A stretch of DNA of 64,000 nucleotides. It comes from Sedimentisphaerales bacterium. Lineage in GTDB: Bacteria > Planctomycetota > Phycisphaerae > Sedimentisphaerales > Anaerobacaceae. Position 1 is the first letter of the stretch. Each line of letters begins with the position of its first letter. Location of the stretch: NCBI GenBank assembly GCA_040772485.1, contig JAXGYC010000009.1, forward strand, positions 1 to 64,000, given 5' to 3'. The notes below the pieces were generated by a model. The model was not told the DNA's origin. It saw only the letters and a program-made list of their open reading frames with translations, and searched no databases. This document shows, in pieces, positions 39,625-47,700 of this stretch. The translations under genes were made by a program, and so were the position numbers.

Positions 39625-40407
39625 ATGTCTATCCACAGATATGCGCAGCCAGGCAGGCTGGGATTCACGCTCATCGAGCTATTGGTGGTCATTTCGATCA
39701 TTGCACTGTTGATGGCGATCATGATGCCGGTGCTGGGCCGGGCGAAGGAGCACGCGCGCCGGGTGGCCTGCCAGAACAACCTGCACCAGGGGCTGCTGGC
39801 CGGCCAGATGTACGCCGGCGACTTCGATGGGTTTCTGCCGGAAGGCAACGTCATCGACAAATCGGCGCCGGGCTACAACGAGGAATGGGACAGCGCCGAC
39901 CTGCTGACGCTGATCAACTACAGGACGATGATGGCCTTCGGCCGCTACGGCCTGACCGAGCAGCACGCCACCTGTGAGACGGCGCGGAGGTACTTCGAGG
40001 GCCAGGAAGGCTGGCTCAGTCCGTTGCCCTCGCCGCACTCGCTGGTCCAGGCGACGCAGGTCGGCTGGATCTACTGGGGCAATCGCGGCGACTGGACCGA
40101 CAAGGACACCGGCCGCAAGTACATCACCGCCAAGAAGGCCATGGATAAGGCCACGTCCAACACGCTGGTGACCTGCTTCTGCTACAACCGCTACGACGCG
40201 GTTGGCGGATCGGCCAGTTGGCCCGCCTGGTATGGCTCTCACATCCGTGGCACGTTCCAGCACGCGGTCGGCCAACCGATGCACCCGGCCCCCGACGGAT
40301 TGGCCGTGGGCTACCTCGACGGCTCCGTCCGCTTCGTCAAGTGGGGCGACCTGACCCCCAGCAACCACGAAGGCGAATACCTCGTCTACTACGACGCCGG
40401 CACGTAG
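39625..40407 (+). CDS. Prepilin-type N-terminal cleavage/methylation domain protein (DUF1559-like)
   Basis: [31 protein letters not shown]-terminal [11 protein letters not shown]. Confidence 0.88.
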   Translation: MSIHRYAQPGRLGFTLIELLVVISIIALLMAIMMPVLGRAKEHARRVACQNNLHQGLLAGQMYAGDFDGFLPEGNVIDKSAPGYNEEWDSADLLTLINYRTMMAFGRYGLTEQHATCETARRYFEGQEGWLSPLPSPHSLVQATQVGWIYWGNRGDWTDKDTGRKYITAKKAMDKATSNTLVTCFCYNRYDAVGGSASWPAWYGSHIRGTFQHAVGQPMHPAPDGLAVGYLDGSVRFVKWGDLTPSNHEGEYLVYYDAGT

Positions 40408-40467
40408 AGGTCCCGCCCGATTCCGACCGCTCCGGACCGGCCGCCATACTGCGCACCATGTGCCAGA

Positions 40468-40495
40468 GTACGGGCGAATGATTATTCGCCCCTAC
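40468..40495 (+). repeat. REP family A copy
   Basis: GTACGGGCGAATGATTATTCGCCCCTAC. Confidence 0.85.
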
Positions 40496-40606
40496 GCATT
40501 TTCTGCATTTTGCTGCTTGATCTTTGCCTTGATCCTTCAGGACACCTCATCGGTTTTGCCGTTGCGCAGGCCGGAGGGCGTGCGTCTATAATGGCGACGT
40601 TCGAGA

Positions 40607-40634
40607 GTACGGGCGAATCATCATTCGCCCGTAC
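40607..40634 (+). repeat. REP family A copy in the sigma-gene 5' UTR
   Basis: GTACGGGCGAATCATCATTCGCCCGTAC, 14 nt after TATAAT (40587-92). Confidence 0.85.
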
Positions 40635-40653
40635 CTGGTCGAAGGAGCCCGGG

Positions 40654-41199
40654 TTGGACGACGGTCGCACAGCGCTGTTGGAGCTTCTGGATCGATCGGG
40701 AGAGAGTCTGTTCGCGCTTCTGAACCGGCTGACCCTGCGCGAAGACGTCGCAGAGGATTTGATGCAGGAACTGTTTCTGAAGCTGCGTAACGCCTCGAGC
40801 CAGGCTTCAATCGACTGCTGGCAGGCGTACGCCCGGCGCGTGGCGATCAACCTGGCGTTCGACTGGCGTCGACGGAGTCGCCGGCGCCGAGCAGTGCGGC
40901 TGGACGGGGTCGCAGAGCCAGTCTCGGGAGCCGGTGGGCCGCTGAATCAGGCGGCGCAGGCAGAGGAATTCGAGCGGATTCTCGCGGCTGTCGGCCGGCT
41001 GAAGGGCATTTCGCGCGAGGTCTTTGTGATGCATCACGTCCAGCAGGACTCCTACGAGGACATCGCCAGACAGCTCGGCAAGACGCCTCATCAGGTCCGC
41101 GCGTTGAGCTTTCGAGCGATGAAAGACGTTCGTGAGAGACTCGGATGCGACCGTGGGCCCGGCGAGGCCAAGGGGGTGCAGCGTGTCGAGTATGAATGA
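40654..41199 (+). CDS. ECF sigma factor
   Basis: AAGGAG RBS then TTG start; AEDLMQELF, AINLAFDW, SYEDIARQLG. Confidence 0.88.
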   Translation: MDDGRTALLELLDRSGESLFALLNRLTLREDVAEDLMQELFLKLRNASSQASIDCWQAYARRVAINLAFDWRRRSRRRRAVRLDGVAEPVSGAGGPLNQAAQAEEFERILAAVGRLKGISREVFVMHHVQQDSYEDIARQLGKTPHQVRALSFRAMKDVRERLGCDRGPGEAKGVQRVEYE

Positions 41200-42889
41200 A
41201 GCCGATCTTCGGCGTCGCCTGGAGCAGCTTGCGGGGATGCAGCCTTCGGTTCAGGCGACCCGCCGGACTCTGGACCGCGTCCGAGAGACATTGACGGAAT
41301 CGCAGAACCGACCGAACGCTCGCGCTGCGGGCTTATGGAGAACCATCATGAGAAGCAGAATGACGAAACCCGCCATTGCGGCAGCGATCGCCGTCGCCGT
41401 CCTGGTCGGGATCAATCTGACGGGACGGTCCGGCGTAGCCTTTGCCGACATCGTCAAGCCTTTCCTGGCCGCCCGGACCGCCACCTTCAAGATGACCATG
41501 GAGGTCCAGGGCGCTCCGCCCCAGACCTTCGAGTGCATGTACGCCGAGCCGATTCGCATGCGGCAGGCCAACGATGGACAAGGCGTCGTCGTGGTCAGTG
41601 ACCTGCTTGCCGGCAGGATCGTCACCCTCAATGCTGCGCAGAAGCACGCCGTGGTGATGGAGATCACCAACATCCCGGACGACCCGAATCAGAACCAGTT
41701 CAACATGTTCGGAGAAATCCGACGGCACATCCAGGAAGCGCGGGAGGCCCCCGACGATTCGGTGACGTTTCTGGGCGAGCAGCAGATCGACGGGCGGACC
41801 GCTGTAGGATACCACGTTCGGACGCCGGGGGCAGAGCTGACGGTCTGGGCCGATCGGCAGACGCAACTGCCGGTGTCGATCCAGAGGGTCGCCGGACCGA
41901 CCACTTTTACGATGACGAACATCGTCTTCGATGTCGATCTCGACGAATCACTCTTCGACCTGACCATCCCGGACGGCTACGAGGTTGCGACTCTGCATGC
42001 GGATGCCACCGAGCCGATGGAAGGGGATCTTCTCCAGACATTCCGCCTCTGGGCCGAACACACCGAAGGCAGCTTGCCTCCCAGTGTAGACATGAACGCG
42101 CCGACGGCGTTCGTGATGGCCCAGCAGACGAAACTGAAGCAGGATGGGCAGGAACCCTCCAAAGAACGCATGCTCCAGTTGCAGCAGACCATTATGGATA
42201 TGGGGCGTGGGATCACGTTCGTCGAGAAACTGCCGGCCGAGAGCGACTGGCACTACGCCGGTAAGGGAGTGACGTTCGGCGATGCCGCGACGCCGATCTT
42301 CTGGTATCGCCCGGAAGGCTCGGGAATGTATCGTGTCATCTATGCTGACATGAACGTCCGTGAAGTGCCTGCGAGCGAACTGCCGAAGGCGCCCGACAGC
42401 CAACCGGTGTCGAACAAGGCCGATACCCCCGATGGCGAGGCGCTGGTGGACAAAGCGGTCGCCATGGGCGCGGACATTCCGCCCGAGAACCGCAGTCTTG
42501 TGGCGCGGATGCTGAGTCTGGGCGAAAAGGATCTGATTGGTGGTCTGAAGACGTTCGCCGAGCTTTCCGGCGGACGCTATCCCCGCAAGCTGGATGCCAA
42601 ATCCACCATCAAAGAGGCCGACGGTCTCGGCGCCGACGTGCTCGCCGGGGTGTCCGACGAGGCGAAGAAGCAGAAAGTCCAGGACATTTTCGTCGCGACC
42701 GCCTATTACGACAAACTGGTCCGCGAGAAGAAGGATGTGGCCTACCATGGCGACACCGTCTCCGCAACGGACGCCGGAAAGGTCCTGATCCGCTGGAAGA
42801 CCGAACGCGACAAGTACCGCGTGGTCTTTGGCGACCTGACCGCCAAGGACGTGACCGCCGATGAACTGAAGAAGCTGGAAGGAAGATAG
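41192..42889 (+). CDS. Putative anti-sigma factor: TM helix, LolA-like domain, duplicated C-terminal domain
   Basis: AAAIAVAVLV TM helix, VAFADI, LGEQQIDGR, VWADRQTQLPV, FDLTIPDGY; two YRVxxxD-ending modules. Confidence 0.8.
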   Translation: MNEADLRRRLEQLAGMQPSVQATRRTLDRVRETLTESQNRPNARAAGLWRTIMRSRMTKPAIAAAIAVAVLVGINLTGRSGVAFADIVKPFLAARTATFKMTMEVQGAPPQTFECMYAEPIRMRQANDGQGVVVVSDLLAGRIVTLNAAQKHAVVMEITNIPDDPNQNQFNMFGEIRRHIQEAREAPDDSVTFLGEQQIDGRTAVGYHVRTPGAELTVWADRQTQLPVSIQRVAGPTTFTMTNIVFDVDLDESLFDLTIPDGYEVATLHADATEPMEGDLLQTFRLWAEHTEGSLPPSVDMNAPTAFVMAQQTKLKQDGQEPSKERMLQLQQTIMDMGRGITFVEKLPAESDWHYAGKGVTFGDAATPIFWYRPEGSGMYRVIYADMNVREVPASELPKAPDSQPVSNKADTPDGEALVDKAVAMGADIPPENRSLVARMLSLGEKDLIGGLKTFAELSGGRYPRKLDAKSTIKEADGLGADVLAGVSDEAKKQKVQDIFVATAYYDKLVREKKDVAYHGDTVSATDAGKVLIRWKTERDKYRVVFGDLTAKDVTADELKKLEGR

Positions 42890-42925
42890 ACCGCCAGTCT
42901 GGAGTGCGTCATCCACCGGATGTGA

Positions 42926-42967
42926 CGAGGGCCGGGGTCTTTGGAATGATCCCGGCCCTCGGTGTTT
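42926..42967 (+). terminator. Probable terminator hairpin
   Basis: CGAGGGCCGGG / CCCGGCCCTCG stem followed by GTGTTT. Confidence 0.55.
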
Positions 42968-43093
42968 GGCGGAATATCGAGAGCGGACTGTACGGCAAGA
43001 ATGTGACAAGCGCCTCTGTTCAGAGAATCCTGCCCCCGCTAAGATGATGCCTTCGATGCAGATGTGCTGGTGGTCTATGTGCAGGGTGCGAAG

Positions 43094-44260
43094 ATGAGCG
43101 ACACGAGGCACTTGTACTTTGCTGACAACCTCAAGATCGCGCTGACAATTCTGGTGATCGCCCACCACGTCGGCCAGGCCTATGGACCGACGGGCGGCTC
43201 CTGGCCTATCCAGGAGGAGGCCCGTGCGGCGGTGCTGGGGCCGTTCTTCACGGTCAACCGCTCGTTCTTCATGAGTCTGTTCTTCATGATATCGGGCTAC
43301 CTGATGGTGATGTCTTACGACCGGCACGGGTTCGGGCGATTCGTGAAGGGCCGCGTTCTGCGGCTGGGCGTGCCGCTGCTGTTCTTCTTCGTTGTGCTGA
43401 TTCCCGTGCAGCAGTATCTCTGCCATCTTGCGTCCGGGCACTTCTCCTCTTCGGCGTTGTCGTTCCGCGAATACTACCGCAGCATCTATTTCGGCAGCGG
43501 CGCCAAGCCGGAGTACTGGACAGGACCCATGTGGCCCGAGGCCAATTTCGGCCATCTCTGGTACGTCGAACACCTGCTGATCGCCGGCCTGTGCTATGCC
43601 CTGTTGCGTCTGGCGTGGAAGCGCCCGCCGCAGACGGGACCCATCGAGCCGAGGCCGCTGCCTTATTGGGCGGTTGTGGTCTTTGCCCTGGCGCTGGCTG
43701 TCGCGTCGGGCATCGTTCGGATCTGGTATCCCATCGACCGGTGGATCGGCTTCCTCGGTTTCATTCAGGTCGCCTTTGCCGACGTGCCTCGCGACCTGAG
43801 CTTCTTCGCCCTCGGTGCGATCGCGTACCGGCGCGGGTGGTTCCTTGGACTTCCCGCTCGCACGGGATACGTGTGGTTGACGGTTGGCCTGACGGCCGCT
43901 GCGCTATGGTACGCCTACGCCCTGGGGATCCGGCCCGTGTTTCGCATCAGCCGGGACGCCATGGGGATCATCTACCCGATCTGGGAAGCCTTTCTGTGTT
44001 GCGGCATGTGTATCGGCCTGCTCGTCCTGTTCCGCGAACGCCTCGATTTTCAGGGGCGCTGGAGCAGGGCGATGGCCCAGAGTCAATACGCGGCCTATCT
44101 GTTCCACGTCGCGGTGGTGGTCCTGGTCCAGTTCGCTATCGCGGGCGCGCCCCTGTCGCCCTTCGTCAAGTTCGTCGGGGTGACGGCCGTCAGCGTTCCG
44201 CTGACATTCCTGCTGGCCCACGGCCTGCGGCAGTCCGCCCTCCTGCGGCGCATCATCTGA
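43094..44260 (+). CDS. Acyltransferase-3 family (OpgC/MdoC-like) membrane protein
   Basis: DNLK..L..LVIAHH, FMSLFFMISGY, GHLWY; many TM helices. Confidence 0.88.
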   Translation: MSDTRHLYFADNLKIALTILVIAHHVGQAYGPTGGSWPIQEEARAAVLGPFFTVNRSFFMSLFFMISGYLMVMSYDRHGFGRFVKGRVLRLGVPLLFFFVVLIPVQQYLCHLASGHFSSSALSFREYYRSIYFGSGAKPEYWTGPMWPEANFGHLWYVEHLLIAGLCYALLRLAWKRPPQTGPIEPRPLPYWAVVVFALALAVASGIVRIWYPIDRWIGFLGFIQVAFADVPRDLSFFALGAIAYRRGWFLGLPARTGYVWLTVGLTAAALWYAYALGIRPVFRISRDAMGIIYPIWEAFLCCGMCIGLLVLFRERLDFQGRWSRAMAQSQYAAYLFHVAVVVLVQFAIAGAPLSPFVKFVGVTAVSVPLTFLLAHGLRQSALLRRII

Positions 44261-44293
44261 ATTGCAACTGCGCAGGGTTGCTCCGAGCTGGAT

Positions 44294-44488
44294 CTACAGC
44301 TTCCAGGCTTTGGCGAAGGCCTTGAAGCTGCGGTCGTAGGTGCGCTCGACGTCGTTGGGGAAGCAGCAGGCCGGCAGTTGCTTCGAGGCGAGATGATAGC
44401 TCAGGCACTGGCAGCAGATGCCCTTGTTGTCACAGCCGGGATAGGAGCAGTTGCAGTTCTTGAGATTCCTGTCCTTCTTGCATTCCAT
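44294..44488 (-). CDS. DUF6485-like small Cys-rich protein
   Basis: CNCSYPGCDNKGICCQCLSYH...LPACCFP...TYDRSF; GGAG RBS. Confidence 0.82.
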   Translation of the reverse strand: MECKKDRNLKNCNCSYPGCDNKGICCQCLSYHLASKQLPACCFPNDVERTYDRSFKAFAKAWKL

Positions 44489-44502
44489 AATGCCGGTCTC
44501 TC

Positions 44503-44748
44503 CTACTTCCGTTTGCCCCTGGCGAACGGATCGCTCATGATCTTGTAGACTTCGGCCCCACATTCGAGGCACTTCCACGGTCGCGGCCGCCGGGCGTCGC
44601 GAATCCAGAAGAACACCCAGAAGCCGGTCAGCAGGGTCCCGATCAGATAGGGCCCGTGACGAAACCTTTGTCGTCCGACAGGCACCTGTTTGAGACATCT
44701 GCCGCAATAGCCGCTGGCCTCCTCGAATCGACTGAAGCGCGACCCCAT
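44503..44748 (-). CDS. Small LITAF-like Zn-ribbon membrane protein
   Basis: CGRC - hydrophobic stretch - CLECG; AGGAG RBS. Confidence 0.65.
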   Translation of the reverse strand: MGSRFSRFEEASGYCGRCLKQVPVGRQRFRHGPYLIGTLLTGFWVFFWIRDARRPRPWKCLECGAEVYKIMSDPFARGKRK

Positions 44749-44763
44749 GACGGATCTCCTGTC

Positions 44764-47700
44764 TCAGCGGACCTCCAATTCATACAGTCGGACGCTGTAA
44801 GCCGGGCAGTCCAGTGTGTCGGACAGGCCGGAGACCGAATCTTCTGTGATCTTCACCGTCGGCGCCTGGCCCGGCTCATTGTAGGCCATCGGGTCATCGT
44901 GGGCAATCGTCCAGCAACGTCCTCGGCCGGTCAATGCAGTTCCTTCCAGCGTCAGCGTCACATCATACGCCGCCTCGGTAGGGTTCACGATGCCGATGGT
45001 GATCGCCTTCTTATCGGCGGTCCATGCCGCGGCCACGTCGAGCCCGTGCAGCTTGCCGCTCACCGCGACCGGCACCGTCCCGAAGTGATTGCGGTAGAGC
45101 TTCAGGACCAGGCCGGTGGTTTCGAGCGCCGCGGCCGTCTCGGTCGTCTTGATCGCGCCGATCACGTTGACCGTCTGGGCGTAGTTGGCCATGAAGTACA
45201 GGTCGCTGTTTCGCGCCATCTCGTGCAGGCCGGCGGCGATGCCCAGGGCATCCTTCATGAAGTACCGCGTGCCCAGCTCGCCAAAGACGTGCGGGCCGTA
45301 CCAGTAGTTCCATTCGTCCAGCGCGATGCGAATGTCTTTGCCCGCCAGCGAATCAAGCTGCTCCCGGTACCGGCGATGCGCGTCGGCGATGCTCCGAACG
45401 GCGTCAGGGATCTGCTGAACGTGGTCGGCGATGGGCTCGCGCTCCTGCCGATAGAAGTGCTCGCTGATCAGATCCATGGTCTCGGCGCAGTTCTCGAGCA
45501 TGCCCCGCGACCAGCTTCCGACGGCGCCGACGCCGATCAGCTTGATGTCGGGATCCACGGCGCGCATCGCCCTGGCGAACAGATTGTGCTTGATCACGTA
45601 CTGCTCCAGCGCCATGTGGCCAAGCTGCCAGGAGCCGTACATCTCATTGCCTACGCACCACCACGTGACGTCATAGGGCTCGCGATGACCGTTGTCGGCC
45701 CGCCAGCGACCCATCGGCGTCTCGGCGGAGCCGTTGGCGTATTCCACCTCCTGGGCGGCACAGAAGTCGTCGCCGAAACCCGCATTGACCGCGATCATCG
45801 GCTCGGCGTCGATCTCCCTGCAGAATCGCAGAAACTCGTCGAGTCCGAAGTCGTTGTGTTCGATGCCCTGCCAGGCCGGGTTCTTGCGGGGCGGCCGCTT
45901 GTCGCGCAGGCCGACGCCGTCGCGCCAGTTGTAGCCGCTGACGAAATTCCCGCCGGGCCAGCGATAGACCGGCGCGTTCAGCTCCTTGAGCAGCTTGAGC
46001 GTGTCGGCTCGCATTCCGTCGATGTTGTCGGCCGGCATCAGCGAGACCGTTCCGATGAACGCAGCGCCGTGCGTGACGCGGATCTCCAGTGCCGCTTCGT
46101 CGGTCGAGGCAGCCGGCGTGAACCGCAGCGGACACTGCATGTATTGCTCTGCGTTGACGGTGAAGAAATTCGTCTCGCGCTGCCCGCGACCGTCACCCCA
46201 GACGAGAGAGACCTCGACGTTCACGCCGGAGGCCGACTGCGGCTTGATCCAGATGTAGCCGTCGTACGCCTTGCCCTTGACGACCCCCAAGTGACGCTGC
46301 CGTATCCCGGAAGCAGTGTGAATGATCGGCGTGTGCTCACCCACGAACGGATCGGTGCGGTCCATCACGAGGCCGCTGGTCGATCCGGTCGTTTCCCACG
46401 CTGATGGCCGGTGGCCGACCGGGTAGAAGAACTTGCGGTCTTCGAGCATCTCAGCCCAGATGCCGCCGTAGATGCAACGGCCCAGGTGCTCGATGAACTG
46501 GCCGTACACGTACTTGGAGATCGTCTCGCCTTGGGCGTTGGCGTCGATCGCCACCACGGGCTTGATGCTCTCCTTGATCCGGAACGCGCGGCCGTCCCTT
46601 GGGCGGACCAGGAGCGGGAAGCTCGCCTCGTCCCACGTCACCTTCATCTTGGACAGATACCAGCTCGCGCCCTTGTCGTTGTTGCCCTGGAAGAACAGAT
46701 ACGTCTGTCCATCGTCGTCCTGAAAGACGCCCGGATGGCCCGACTCGCTGGCGTTCCACTCATCGGCGCCGCCGTTGGGCAGCAGCGGATACCGTGACAG
46801 GCGCGTCCAGGAAACCCCGTCGGTGCTCACGGCGCAACCGATCTGCTGCGGCGAGTTGTTGTAGGCGCCCGCGTAGAACATGTAGAGCTTGCCGTCGCGT
46901 TCGATCACGGAAGGCGCTTCGATGCACTGGCCTTCCCAGGGCAGTTGCGGTTCGAGGATCGATGTGTCGCAGAGCTGCGTCCACTTGTCGCGGCCCCAGT
47001 CCGAGTCGATGGGCGCGGCGGTGACGACAAGCTTCTGGACCTTCATCGCCGGATCGCGCGTGGCACAGTAGAGCAGCAGGCAGCCCTTCCACTCGATCGC
47101 GTCGGCGTCGATCGCCCGGCCGCAGTTCCAGTCGCCTTCGGGACGGAAGATCGGATTGCTCGCGTTTCGCGTGAAGTGGAGCCCATCGTCGGAAACGGCG
47201 TGGCAGATCGCATCGTCGCGTCCGTTGCCGTAGGTCTGATAGAACAGGTGCACCTTGCCGTCGCGGACCATCGCGCCGGGCGCCGCCAGGCCGTTCCGCT
47301 CGTATTCGGCCCCGGGCAGGACCTCGCCGACCTTCTTCCAGTTCGTCAGGTCGTCGCTCTCTGCGATACCGACGGCGATGCCGTCCTTGCCCCGGTCGAT
47401 CGAGTAGTACATCAGGTAGCGGTTGTTGAATCGCACCACATCGGGGTCCTTGGCGAACGGACGCTCATAGGAATCGTCGGTGTAGTACATCTGGGGCCGG
47501 CCCGGCGAATCGGTCGCTTCGCCCAGGCGTTCTAGCCGGATGTCGTCGAACCAGGCCTTGCCGGTCGACTGGCCCCAGCCACCGAAGAGGCAGTTGATTC
47601 CGATCCTCGAACGCGGACCCGTATCGAATTCGGTTTCGACCTTCGTCCAGTCGGCGGTTCCGGTCACCGCCTGTGTCTGAACGCCCTGAATATCATGCAC

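Noticed and set aside
40510..40653. N-terminal extension of the third-cluster sigma factor (REP translated as STGESSFART)
   Set aside because: An AAGGAG RBS with TTG at 40654 and TATAAT at 40587 fit a 5' UTR better.
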